DNA of 64,000 nt from Lama glama (taxonomy: Eukaryota). The position numbers and the translations under genes are program-made. The stretch's first letter is position 1. Every line of letters begins with the position of its first letter. A model generated the notes under the pieces. It saw only the letters and a list, made by a program, of their open reading frames with translations. It was not told the origin of the DNA and searched no databases. The stretch is from the NCBI GenBank assembly GCA_028534125.1, contig CM052817.1, positions 36,272,001 through 36,336,000 on the forward strand. Reading direction: 5' to 3'. This document shows positions 12,600 to 26,229 of this stretch, in pieces.

Positions 12600-15130
12600 T
12601 TTTTTTAATTCTCATACAGTAGAACTGACCCTTTAGTGTACAATTCTATTAATTTAAGTACAAGTAACCAGTCCCACAATCAAGACACCGAACAGTTCCA
12701 TCACCCCCAAAAAAGTCCCGTGTGTTACCCTCAGTCACACTCTCCTCATCCCTAACTCCTAGTGACTACTGATCTGCTCCTATCACCACAGTTTTATATT
12801 TTCAATACCGTCATATAAATGGAATCATATAGTATCTAACCTTTTGAAATTGGATTCTTTCACCCAATATAATGCCTCTGAGATTCATCCAAATTGTCAC
12901 CTGTATCAATAGTTTGTTTCTTTCCATTAGTGAGTAGTATTCCATGGTATTTTGGATGTACCACAAAGCAATATTTCCAGTTTTCAGTGATTATAAATAG
13001 AGATGAATAAACATTCATGTATGGGTTATTGTGTGAGTATAAGTTTTCATTTCTCTGGAGTAAATATACAGGAATGAGTAATGTAATCTTCCTATACAGG
13101 TGAGTTATTTGTAAAAATCTAATATAATCATCTCTGCATTGATAGTTTTGTTTAGACTATTTATATTTAATATAATTATTAATATGTTTGGATGGATGGC
13201 CTACTTTTTTTATTATTTGTTTTCTCTCTGTTTTTCATTGCTCTTTTTCTTCATTCCTGCCTTCTTTTGCACTAGTGTTCCATTTTAATTTATTGTGTTT
13301 TTTACTCTCTTTGTATAGTTACTTGAATGACTGCTCTGGGGATTACAATATAAATATTTAGCTTTCAAAGCATACTTAGAATCAGTGCTTTACCATTTCA
13401 AGTGGAATGCAGAAACTGTACCATCAAAAAGGTCCCCTTTACCCCTTTCTCTTTAGGTTACAGTAACTTAAATATTACATCTACATACACTGAAAATTCT
13501 ATCACAATATTATAATTTTTGCTTTCAATCATGAAAATATTTTAAAGAACTTAAGAAGAGAATAGTCTATTATATTCATCCAGATATCTACTGTTTCTGT
13601 TGCTTTTCCTTCAGTTCCAATATTCCTTCTGGTATCATTTCCCCTCCATCCAAAGAACTTCCTTTAATTATTGATCAGTACAGGTCTGCTAGCCATGAAT
13701 TTTCTGCCTTTTCCTCCAGCTGAAAATGACTTTGTTTCATCTTCATTTATGAAGGCTATTTTTTTGCTTAATACAGAATTCTGGATTGACTTCTTTTCTT
13801 TCAGCACTTTAAAAACACTGTGCCACTTATGACCTCCTTACTTTCTGGGCTGAAATCCACAGTCATTTGCATCATTATTCCCCCGTAGGTTATATGTTGT
13901 TTTTCTTTGGTAGCTTTCACGCATTCTCTTTGTCTTTAGTTCTCAGAAGTTTGATTATGATCTGTCTTGGTGTGGATTTCTTTGGATTTATCTCACTTGA
14001 TCCACTGGACTTCTTAAATCTGTGTATTTATGTCTTTTGCCAAATTTGGAAGTTTTTCAGCCATTATCATTTTCAGCACCGCATTCTTTCTCCTCTCCTA
14101 CTAGGACTCCAATGACATGAATATTAGGCCTTTTGTTCTTGTCCCACGAGCCCCTGAAATCCTGTTAATTTTTTCTGTCTTTTTTTAATCTCTGTTATTC
14201 AGACTGCATAATTTCTATTAATCTATCTTCAATTTCAGAGTCTTTCCTCTGTCATTTCCATTCTGCTACTGAAATTATCCAGTGAGTTTCTCATTTTAAT
14301 TTCTGTGTTAGTTCTTCTTTATACCATCTATTTCTTTGCAAAGAATTTCATTTTTCCATTTGCTCCACAACAGTTTGAGCCAGCTTGTTGGAACATTTGT
14401 GTAATAGCTGCTTTAAAGTCTTCATCAGATAATACCAATATCTATGTCATTCCAGCACTGGCATCTGTTGTCTCTCCTCCTGCTAGTAGACATTTTCCTG
14501 GGTTTCCATATGCTGAGTAATTAAAAGTGTATAGTGAACACTTTGAATATTGTAAGACTCTGGGTCTTATTAAATCTTCTGGAGAATGTTAACAATTTTG
14601 TCTCAGTTTTCAAAGCCTTTGCAGTGCTATTCAGATTTGTGTCCTACACGCACCACATAGTGGCCACTCTGGACCTGAGTGGTGGTCTATTTGTTAGTTA
14701 AGTTTTCAAAGTCATTTATATGCTAAGAAGAATTAGATCCACACATACACAGCTCAGGGGTGAGTCCAAGAGTTGATAGGTAACTATATGGAGGTGCTCT
14801 CCCATGCTCCTTATTCTCTGAGATCTCTCAGATACTTTCAGGTTTCCTGGGGCTCCCTTTTTAGCTCTCCAGCCTACATACTGTACTTCCACAGCTGCAC
14901 ATGCCTCTGGGCCAAATGGTAAGAGGACCAGGGCGGGAAAAATGGTAAACTTATTGCCAGTTAAGTGGTACTCTGAATTCTGGTCTTTCTTCCCAATCGA
15001 CCTGCCATTATTTGCTTTTCAGAGTCTTCAAACAGCTGCTCCACACATTCTGTCCAGGTTTTATAACTGCATTCAGTAAGAGAGACGGGAAGGAATGTGC
15101 TTACTCTGTCCCCCCGGAACTGGAAACCCA
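12600..15130 (-). mobile_element. Old L1 fragments (3'UTR piece about 12600-13080, ORF1/5' region beyond)
   Basis: T-rich antisense L1 motifs such as catataaatggaatcatatagta and tttgattatgatctgtcttggtgtggatttctttgg. Confidence 0.75.
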
Positions 15131-16529
15131 GAGTTTGACTTTTAAAATAACATTTTTTTCTGCTACGTTTGTTTATTTTAATTGGAAAAAGTCCACAAAC
15201 TGTCTTTGTTCCACTTGGCTAAATTTACAAAAACAAAAACAAAACAAAGGTACAGCTCTCCTACAAATGCTCTAACTACAACTGTATTTAACCTTCCTAT
15301 ACAGTGAAGGGCTGGATTCCTGGAGGCGGCAGTATCTCTGAGCAGCTGATGCTTCATTTAACTTATCTGAGTATCAAATACCTATCTGCCTAATCGTATG
15401 TACGACTTCCCAAGTTTAAACAATCATTAAACCAAATATTTTCAATTAAAGAATCAGAAAGAAAGACTAGCTATGATAGAGTTCAGAGTAGTAGGTCTCA
15501 GTTCACGGCCAGGTGACTTTAATATTGGGTTATAATGTACACATACAAAGCCCAAAAACAAACACTATGAAAAATGTTTAAGAATATTTTCTTTTTAAAG
15601 CCATAAGTATAAATTTAGCATGTATGGTTTCAGATGCAGTAAGCCAGATTCACTGACTAAGTCAATAAAAACACTTGGAGGTCTGTCACAGGGAACAGGG
15701 GGGGAGGCTTTGTGCTTCTGAGTCATTAGCATTTCACTACTCAGAATAAGACCAGCTGCAGTGACTCAGTTACATTCAGGAGCTCAGAATTGCCAACCAT
15801 GGCATAATCTAACATTTTTTAAAGGATTTTAATAGAGAAAGATTGTAAATGAGAAAACTACCTGACAGATCTGGTAGAGGGAATCTTAAAAGCAAAAGGA
15901 ACCACTGCTGTGGTGATACAGTCGTGTATGTAACTTTGTATCATTAAATGCCTAAATCCTCCAGTTGATAATTCAAAAAGATGGAAATCTTAATCCTTGG
16001 CACAAAATACTAAGTCCCTCAAAGTTCGGCTCCCAGGTTACCATGGATGCGTTCTCCTTCACAAAGCTTTTGTTTTCTGTACCATGACAGCACCAGCACC
16101 AGAGCACCTGCTTGGGTACCTGCATGAACTAGTGTAAGCTCCAGGAAGACTGCCTCACATTGAAGAAATGCTAGTGAATACCTGTTCAATACATGCAGTT
16201 TTTAACATCAAAATGCAAAAGTCAGGCTTTAAGATGTCTCAAATGGCTGCCAAAAAAATTACAGACAAATTATGGCACTGTAATTCCTATTAAAGGAGGG
16301 GAAAACGAACTGGTTATTTCAAAATCACTGGGAGAGTTCAGGGGTATTTCAAAGCATCCTCACCCTTTAGCGGGAATCAAGAAACTAAAACATTTTCAAA
16401 AGATACATGAATTAGAGAAGTGACAGAACCAAAACAGATCCATTTAGAAAATAAATTAATCTGTGCAAGATCCACTAATACAAATAGAACATTATTACGA
16501 AAATTCAATTTTCCCCCACCAGTATATCT

Positions 16530-16830
16530 CTTTACACGAGGCTTCTTCACATAGGGCTGGTCAATTACGACCTCCATTTCCAGCCCTTCTCCCCTCTTTG
16601 GAGAAGGGGCGGGAGGCTGAAAATTTCCAAGCTTCTAATCATGGCTGGGTCTTTGATGACCAGCCCCCAACCAGGAGCCCACCCAGAGTCACGGCATTAA
16701 AACAAAAGATGCTCCTGGTACTCTTATCACCTAAGAATTTATAAAGGTTTTAGGAGCTCTGTGTGTAGGAACCAGATTAGGGGAGGAGAGAAGGAAGAGA
16801 CCACTATACATATATCCCCTATTTTCTAAT
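16530..16830. mobile_element. MER21-like LTR fragment
   Basis: ggctgaaaatttccaagcttctaatcatggctgggtctttgatgaccagccccc...aaaggttttaggagctctgtg, recognised from memory of the consensus. Confidence 0.55.
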
Positions 16831-17037
16831 CAACATTTATTGTCACCCAAAGTAAAAACCTACCCCTTCCAATTTCCACCACATCCTACACATAACACTA
16901 GAACAATTCTACTTCCTTACTGCTCAAATATGTCAACTTTGGCCTCCCTAGAAGGCAGCCAAAACCCATGGACTGACCCAAAAGAGAATAAAAAGCCCTC
17001 TTTAAGAAGTCACAAAATATACCGAGTAGCTGACGTG

Positions 17038-17123
17038 GTTTTTTTGTTTGTTTGTTTGTTTGTTTGTTTTTAACATTTTTTATTTATAATCATTTTACAA
17101 TGTTGTGTCAAATTCCAGTGTTC
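17038..17123 (-). mobile_element. Extremely 5'-truncated young L1 (about 50 nt of 3' end plus (TTTG)n tail)
   Basis: Reverse complement of the same L1 3' end seen at 1390-1445. TSD tagctgacgtg at 17027-17037 and 17124-17134. Confidence 0.8.
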
Positions 17124-17249
17124 TAGCTGACGTGTTTTAACTGTGCAATCACAAAATACTTACCTCTCCGCTTATCTTCAAAGAAGCTGTGTTAAAAGTC
17201 TCTATTTTTTACTTACCATTTAAACTGTGGTAAAGTAAAAATTATCTTT

Positions 17250-17425
17250 GATTATATAAAATAAACAAGGATCTACCATATAAGCACAGGGAACCATACT
17301 CAGTATCTTGTAATAAGCTTAATGGAAAATATGAAAAAGAATATAAATGTGTATAACTGAATCACTTTGCTGTACACCAGAAACTAACACAATATTCTAA
17401 ATCAACTGTACTTCAATTATAAAAA
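17250..17425 (+). mobile_element. L1 3' end fragment (cetartiodactyl type)
   Basis: ataaacaaggatctaccatataagcacagggaaccatactcagtatcttgtaataa...gctgtacaccagaaactaacacaat. Confidence 0.75.
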
Positions 17426-18394
17426 TACCTAAATCAAAAATTAGAGATAATAAGCTGATTAGTTTTTTAGAAGAAAATGAAGGACACAAAAATTGAAGTT
17501 TTGACACAAATTCAATCTATACCTCTGAAAAAAGTAAACAGTAGACACCTTATGTTATTATACCACCCATTAGCACAAACTTTAAGGCAGGCATTTTGAC
17601 AATATTCCAGAAACTTTAGAATTTTGCATGTTCATTGATCCAACAGTCAAATTTCTAAAAATATATGCTAAAGAAATGCTATAAACTGCATTGCTATTAA
17701 CATAAAAAATTAGAAATTGGAATTATACACTATAAATTGAAATATGCAGTCATTAAAAAGACTGATATAGATCATTATGAACATCATCACAGAAAAACAT
17801 TCATCAGATAGTAAATGGAATAGAAAGTTCTAAAGACGTATGATGTGACTCCACTTAAAAATTACACTGATATTTAAAAAATACTGGAAGGATGTATTTC
17901 AAACTAATAACAATGTCTTTTGTTCAAGATGGTAAAACTAAAAAGTAAAACTTTTATTTGCTTCTTTTTGTTTATGGGTATTTAACCTGTGAGCAATACA
18001 CATGTTTTATTTTTGTACTATGGACATTTTTTAAGCTTTTTAAAAAAGATTTCTTACCACTTCCCTCTCCTATCCACAACTTTTTTCAACAACTCAAATC
18101 TTTTTCATTCAATGCAATGTAACAGGAAATTAGTTCTAAGATAGCAGATTGTTTATGACTATTTTAGACTATATGCTACCTAATAAACAGTATCACTGTA
18201 CAATCATAATGCAAGATGAGATGCTTCCAGGAGGGTTTCCTAAAGATAGTTAATCCTACTTGATTTTTATACATTTGGGTAAAATTTTACCATTGCAGGC
18301 AAAACATCCCTGTATTGAGATCCACTTACTTTATCTACTTACTACTATGGAATTGTAGTCATCTATCCATTTTCTCTTAGAAACGTGTATATAA

Positions 18395-21300
18395 AAACTC
18401 CAATCAGAATACAAAGATAATCAGCTTGGATTGATGTGCAAGACCCAACTATATGTAGTCTTTAAAAATATATAATATTTAAATGCAAACACACAGGAAA
18501 ATAAAAAATAAATGGATAGAAAAAGATATACCATGTTAACACTAATCAAAAGAAAGCTACAATTGCTATATTCATATCAGGCAAGGTAGATTTCAAAACA
18601 ATGAGTATTATCAGGGATAAAGAAAGACATTTAATGATGTTAAAAGGAACAACTCATCAAGAAGACCTAACAATCTAAAATGTGTACATACCTAATAACA
18701 GAGCTTTAAAATACATAGAGCAATACTTAAAAGAGCCAGAAGAAATAAGCAAATCAGCAATGATAGTGAAAGATTCCAACACTATTCTCTCAGCAACTAA
18801 TTTAACAAGTAAAAGCAAAATCAATAAATATATAAAAGATCTGAACAACACTATCACCCAACTTGATTTAATTGGTACTTTTAGAACATTCTATCCATCA
18901 ACAGCAAAATACATCACTCTTTCAATTGTACACAGATTACTCACCAAGATAGACCATATTCTGGACCATAAAACAAATCTGAATAAATGTAAGAGGCCCA
19001 AAATCATACAAAAAATGTACTCTGAAAACAGAGTATTAAACTAGAATCATTAACTGAAAAATCTCAGTAAAATCCCTACATACTTGCACACAAAACTACA
19101 CACTTCTAAATAACGCAGGGGTCAAAGAAGAAATCACAAGGGAAATTATTACAAGATATTTTTAACTGAATAAAAGTAAAAATACATCCAACTAAAACCT
19201 GTGGAATACAGCTAAAGTGATGCCTTAATGAAAATTTTAGCCTGAAATGCTTACTAAAATAGGAGTAAATCAGTGATTTAAATTTCTACATTAAGAAACT
19301 AGAAAAAAATATAGTAAATTACATACAAAATAAACAAAAGGAAACAATAAACATTAGAGTACAAATCAGTGAAACAAAGAAAACCAAAAAAGATTTTTTA
19401 AAAATCATTGAAATCAAAATTTTTTCTTTGAAAATATTAGTAAAATAGATCAACCTCTAGCCAATCTAATTAGAAAACAAAGGACACAAATTACCTATAT
19501 CAGAAAAATAGATCTTACAGACATGAAAAGGATAATAAGGGAATATTATGAACTATTTCCGCCAATAAATTTGACAACTTAGGTGAAGCAGACAAATTCC
19601 TTGAAAGACACAAACTACGAAAACTCACCTAATATAAAACAGATAATCTAATCCTATATCTTCTTTAAAAATTGAAATTATAACTAAAAAATATCCCCAC
19701 AAAAAAAGCTGTAGGCTCAGATGGCTTTACTGGTGATTCTACCAACCATTTAAGTAAAAAATAATAACCTATAATAAATCTATATTAATATAGACAAACT
19801 CTTCCAGAAACCAGAAGAGGAAATACTTCCAAACTCATTTTATGAGTCCAGCATTACCCACATAACAAAACCAAAGGCACTACAAGAAAAGGAAATCAAT
19901 CATCCTTATGAACATAAATGTACAAATCCTTGTCAAATTTTTAGAAATCAAAAGCAGCAATATATACAAATTACTTAGTGAGATTTATTCTGAGTGCAAG
20001 AGTGGCTTAATATTCAAAAATAATCAATATAATTCATCATCTTAACACTAAAAATGAGACAATGCAATCTCTTGAATAGGTTCAGAATAACATTAAACAA
20101 AATTCATCACTCATGACTTTTTTAAAAATCAGTAAATATCAGAGAACTTCCTCAACTTGATAAAACACATCCAAGCAAAAAAAACACTGCTAACATCACA
20201 CTTACTGGTGAAAACTAATTCCTTCCCTCTAAAATCAGGAACACAGAAAGGATGTCCTTTTTTTTACCACCTCTATTCATCACTGCACTAGAGTTCATTT
20301 GGTAAAATAAGGCAAGAAAATAAAATAAAAGACATACAGACTGGGAAGGAAGAAAAAAACTGAATTGATTTATAGACACTACCATTTATGGAGAAATTCC
20401 TAAGGACTCTACAAAAAAACATAACGAGAACTATTAAGAGAATTTAGCAAGGTTATTCAAGATCAATACATAAAAAATTAACCTTATTTCTATAAACTAT
20501 TAAAAATAGAAATTATTTTAAAATACCGTATGTAATAACATCAAAAATATTAAAAATTTAGGAACAAAACATGTGCAAGACCTGTACACTAAGTACAAAA
20601 CATTGCAAAGAAAAATTAAAGACGACCCCCAAAATAGAGACATACACCATGTTCACAAATCATAAGACACAATATTGTTAAGATATCTATTCTCCCCAGA
20701 TTGCTCTATAGATCCAATGCAATCTTAATGAAAATCCCAGCAGGTTTTTTGATAAAAACTGAAAAGCTGATTCTCAAATTTATATGCAAAAGCCAACGAG
20801 CTAGAACAGCCAAAACAATTCTGAAAAAGAACAAAGTTAGAGAATTTACACTATTTGTACTACATACTTTTTGAAGATTCACTATAAAGCTACAGTAATC
20901 AACATAGTGTAGAACTAAGGATGAACACGCAGATTAACAGAATAGAATGCCTAGAGATAAACCAGCACACACACGGCCAATTAATTTTCAAATGCGCCAA
21001 CGTAATGCAGTGGGGGATAGTCTTTTCAACAATGGAACTAAAAACTGAACATCCATACGCAAAAAATGAACTCTGACCATTATCTCACACACACATAAAA
21101 CATTAACTTAGAATGAATCCTAGGCGTAAATGAAAGAGCTAAACTATAAAATTTGAAGAAGAAAAGTCAAGAGAAAAATGACTATAATCTTGAGTTAGGT
21201 AAAATTCTTAGGACATAGAAAGCATGAATCATAAAAATTAAAACTGATAATTAGATTTCATCAAAATAAAAATTTTTGCTCTTCAAAAGACAGTTAAGAA

Positions 21301-22418
21301 AATGAAAAGGAAAACCGCTGATTGAAAGAATATATCTGCAAAATGTATCTCTGATAAAAGATTTGTGTACTGAATATATAAAGAACTATTACATCTCAAA
21401 AATAAGACAACCAATTTGATTTTTCAATTTTTTTTGCTTTTTTTATTTGTTTGTTTGGTTTTGGGGGGAGGCAATTAGGTTTATTTTTGTTTATTTATTT
21501 AATGGAGGTACTGGGGATTGAACCTGGGATCTCATGCATACTAAGCATGCACTCTACCACTAAGCTATATCTTCCCCCTCCAATTTGATTTTTAATAGGC
21601 AAAATATTTGAACATATATTTGCCAAAAATAAGATATACAAATAGCTAAAAATAAGCACATGAAAAGTTGCTCACGATCATTAGTCATTGATGAAATACA
21701 TATAAAAACCACAATGAGATTCCATTATATATCAATTTGAATGGCTAAAATTAAAAAAAAAACTGACAATACCAAGTTATGGTGAGAATGGGGAACAACT
21801 AAAACTCTCATAAACTGCTGGTATAAATGTAAAATGAAACAGTCACTAGAAATCTGGCAGTTTCTTATAAACACACACTTACCATATGAACCAGCAATCC
21901 CAGCTCCAGGAATTTACTCAAGAAAAATGCAAACATATGTCTACACAATACTTGTACTCAAATATTCATAGCAATTTTACTCAAAATAACCCAAATCGGG
22001 GAAAAAAATCCAATTCCCCATCAATTGGTTAATGGATAAACAATGTGATAAATCCATAAGATGGACTAAAACTCAGCAAACAAAAAGAAACTACTGATGC
22101 AACTGTAAAAACAATCTCAAAAGCATTATTCCAAGAAGCCAGACACAAAAGACTACTTAACACGATTCCATTTATATAAAATTCTAGGAGTCAAAACTAT
22201 GGTGACAAAAAGTAGATACAGGGTAAAAGCAGTTGGTATGGAGATGGAATAGACTACAAAGGGCATAAAAGTCTGGAGGAATAAAAGAAATGTCCTCTAT
22301 TGTGACTGCAGTGGTGGTTACCTGACTGCCTACAACTGTCAAAACTCACTATGTTGCACACTTAAAATTGATAAATCCTATTGTATATAAATTATATCTC
22401 AATAGAGCTATTAAAAAT
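18395..22418 (+). mobile_element. About 4 kb degenerate L1 (ORF2 endonuclease/RT remnants plus 3'UTR)
   Basis: ORF 18682-19044 (MYIPNNRALKYIEQYLKE...KIDHILDHKTNLNK) resembles the L1 ORF2 APE endonuclease. Many stops and frameshifts follow. Confidence 0.9.
21425..21579 (-). mobile_element. tRNA-derived SINE (vic-1-like) inserted in L1
   Basis: Reverse-complement head with a perfect 14-nt TSD ccaatttgattttt at 21411-21424 and 21580-21593. Confidence 0.9.
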
Positions 22419-22748
22419 ATAGTACACACATCAAAGTACAAGTTTATCATATACAAAATTTTTATAGATATTTCAGTCAAAAGATAAATAAGATTGGTTC
22501 TCCACTCAAGCTCACTCTGACTGACCAGGCAAGCAAGGCAGATGAGCTGACGTTACAGCACAGCGTTATGGCAGAGACACATGCTGCTGCTGAAGACAGC
22601 CTACTTGAGAGGCATCTAATCCAGCCTGCGGTGGAGGGGAGACAGAGTCAGGAAAGGCTTCTTGGAAGAGGCAACAACTGACCTGCGTCCTGAGTGATAA
22701 AGAGCTAATTATTCCCACATTCATTCATCCATGCATCCAAAATCAGCA

Positions 22749-22880
22749 AGGGTATAGCTCAGTGGTAGAGTGCATGTCTAGCATGCAGGAGTTCCTAGGT
22801 TCAATCCCCATCACTTCCACTAAAAAATAAATAAATAAATCTAATTACCTCCCCAACCACCGTTAAAAAGGAAAAAAAAA
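22749..22880 (+). mobile_element. tRNA-derived SINE (vic-1-like)
   Basis: gggtatagctcagtggtagagtgcatg...ggttcaatcccc...ctaattacctcccc plus A tail. Confidence 0.85.
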
Positions 22881-22927
22881 GTGACCCAAAGTCTTTAACA
22901 GCAGATTTAAAGATTACATTATAATGA

Positions 22928-23518
22928 CAAAAAGATACATGCACCCCAATGTTCACAGCAGCACTATATACAATAGCCAAGACATGGAAACAACTTAAAG
23001 GTCCATTGACAGATGAGTGGATAAAGAAGTTGTGGTATATTTATACAATGGAATACTATTCTGCCATAAAAAAGAATAAACAATGCCATTTGCAGCAACA
23101 TGGATGGACCTAGAGATCATCATTACACGTGAAGTAAGCCAGAAGGAGAAAGAAAAATACCATGTGATATCACGCATATGTGGTATCTGAAGAAAAAAGG
23201 GGTGTGGGAGACACTATGAACTCATCTTCAAAACAGTAAGAGACTCACAGACACAGTAAACAATTTTATGGTTACCAGGGAAAGGGGATGCAGGGGATAA
23301 ATTTGGAAGTTTGAGATTTACAAATATTAGCCACTATATATAAAAATAGATTTTTTAAAGTTTCTTTTGTATAGCACAGGGAACTATGTTCAGTATCTTA
23401 TAATAAATTTTAATGGAAAAAATGAAAATGAATATACGTATGCATATGCATGACTGCAATATTGTGCTGTACACCAGAAAAAGACACATTGTAATTGACT
23501 GTATTTCAATTTTTAAAA
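22928..23518 (+). mobile_element. 5'-truncated younger L1
   Basis: L1 ORF2 end and 3'UTR motifs. Perfect 15-nt TSD attacattataatga at 22913-22927 and 23519-23533. Confidence 0.88.
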
Positions 23519-23914
23519 ATTACATTATAATGAAGTAAATCCAATGACAAAAATGTGTACAGCACATTATAAGAGGACAAAGGATGAAAAATAAAACCAG
23601 CCTGAGAAGGCCCGCGGGAAGCTTCCTAGGAGTATGCAGAGCGGAGTCTCTAAAGCAGTGACTCACGACAGAAAATAAGCAACAGAAGCCCTAAGGAAAC
23701 TTTCTCTAAACACGTATACCTGGGTCCATCCCAGTCTCCAGAATCAGAACATTTAGGGAAGACCAGATATCTATAATTTTTTCTCATTCCTGACTCCTGA
23801 GCTCCCCTCTGTTGTTTCTTTCACTCTTATGTTTGATTAATAGTTTCTCATTGCAGACATCTGTACTTTTTTAAAAGTTGCCCAGGTGATTCTGAATATT
23901 AAGAAACTGCCTTG

Positions 23915-24915
23915 AAAAGCTTTACAGCACTGGATTTGGTAATGATTTCTTGGATAGGACACCAAAGGCACAGGTAAAAAAAGGAAAAAGAGACAAACTG
24001 GACTTCATGAAAATTTAAATATTTTCCACATCAAAAGATACTACCAACAGAGTAAAAAGGTACCCCACAGAATGGGAGAAAATATTTTCAACTCACATAT
24101 CTGATAAGGGAATAATATCCAGGATATATAAACTCCTAAAACTCAACAAAAAGCAAACAACCCAATTCAAAAATGGACAAAGGACATAGAAATTTCTTCA
24201 AAGAACATATATAAATGTCCAATAAGCACATGAAAAGACTCTCAACGTCACTAATTACTAGGGAAATGCAAACCAAAACTACAATGAGATAGCACTTCAC
24301 ATCCATCAGGATGGCTGCTATGAAAAAAAACAGAAAATAACAACTGTTGGTGAGGGTGTGGAGCAACTGAAATCCTTGCACACAGTTGGTGAGAATGTAA
24401 CATGGTACAGCCCCTATGGAAAACAGTAGGAGACACCTCAAAAAATTAAAAATCTGCCAGTTTCACTTCTGGGTATATACCAAAGAGAAATGAAAGCAGG
24501 GTCTCAAGGAGATATTTGTTTACACCTGCTCTTGGAGGTATTACTCACAGTAGCTAAAAAGAGGAAGCAACCCAAGTGTCCACTGACAAATGAATGGATA
24601 AACAAAATGCAGTATATCACAGAATGGACTATTATTCAGCCTTAAAAAAGGACTTCTGACACATGCTACAACATGGATTATACTAAGTGTGTAGCTAAAG
24701 TAGTCAAATTCATAGAGACAGGAAGCAGAGTGCTGGCTGCTAGGGGCTGGGAGAAAAGGAAACGGGGAGCTATTGTTTCAGTTTTACAAGATGAAAAGAT
24801 TTAGAAATAGACGGTGGTGATGGTAACACAACATTTACTACTACTGAACTGTACACTTAAAAATGGCTAAGACGGTAAAATTTCTGTTACATATGCTTTA
24901 CCACAATAATAAAAA
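23915..24915 (+). mobile_element. L1MA/MB-like 3' fragment
   Basis: aagcacatgaaaagactctcaacgtcactaattactagggaaatgcaaaccaaaactacaatgagat and similar L1 motifs. Confidence 0.85.
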
Positions 24916-25139
24916 GGAAACGCTGCATTGATTCTGAACTGGTTATACACATGGACTACCCACTTCATCAATAATAGTAAAATAGCCAGCACTTACTGAC
25001 TGGTTCCCATGTGTCAGGAACTGTTTTAAGAGCTTTATGTTTTACCTCATTTAATCCCCCCAACAACCCTATGAAGTAGGCACTCTTGTGAGCAGAGGTG
25101 CATGAAAAAAAACTCTCCGGTCCTCAGACCCTACTAGCA

Positions 25140-25682
25140 AGAATAGAAATGGTGCAACTACTTTTGGAAAAAGAGTTGGCAGCTCCTTAAAAGGTTAAAC
25201 TTAGAGTTATCCTATAACTCAACAATTCCACTCCTAGATAAATACCTAAGAGAAAGGAAAACATGTATCAACACTAAAACTTGTCCACCAATGTTCACAG
25301 GATCAACCAACTGATGAAAGTATAAACAAAATGTGGTATATTTATACAATGGAATATTGTTTGGCAATAAAAAGGAATGAGGCCCTGATACATGCTACAA
25401 CACTGATGAACTTTATGCTAAGATAACATTATGCTAAGTTAAAAGAAGCCAATCACAAAAGACCACATGTTGTATGATTCTGTTTACATGAAAAGGCAGA
25501 AGAGGCAAATCTACAGAGACAGAAAACAAACGGCCTAGAGCTAGGGGTTGCGGTGAAAGAGCTGTGTGCCTGCTAATGGGTATGGGGTGAATATAACAAA
25601 AAAACCCACTGAACTGTACACCTTAAGTGGGTAAATTGTATAATATGTGAATTATACCTCAATAAAGCTATTATGAAAAAGC
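25140..25682 (+). mobile_element. Old L1 3' fragment
   Basis: caacaattccactcctagataaatacctaagagaa...tatgtgaattatacctcaataaagc. Confidence 0.8.
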
Positions 25683-26229
25683 AAATACATCTCAGGGTGA
25701 AGGATGGGTCCAAACTTTAGGCAGCAGGTTGTCAGCTGCCATAGCAACACGCCTGCCATTATTTACTGCAGATGTAATCACACGGCTACCCATTCTGGAA
25801 TACTTAGTCGTAGGATTAAAAAAGAACTTCATACATATTTGGGTCATGGAAATCACACACTGTAGGATGTCCATGCTCCATATATTTAGGTCCCTAGCAC
25901 CAACAAGATATTTGCAGCTGACTCACAAATACTTCAGACCCCTAAAAGCAAATCAGGCAAACCTAATACAGGACAGCAGACAGGATGTCTTCGGGTGCCC
26001 CTACTGTCTCAGCAGCTTCACACCTGTACACATGCAGAGCATTACAGCCACCAGGCAAATGCCTGACACTTGGAGCTGTGCAAGCCTGTCTAGAAATGAA
26101 CTCCACAGAGCAGCCACGGGGAGGAAAAATGAAAGGTACGTAGTTTATTAAAACAAAGTTTTGGCTTGGTTTTATTTGTACAAAAAAAGGGATTCTATGG
26201 TCTATAGTCCTTAGTTAGAAACTTTTTTT

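Noticed and set aside
18682..19044. 120-aa endonuclease-like ORF
   Set aside because: Fragment of a decayed L1 ORF2, not a host gene.
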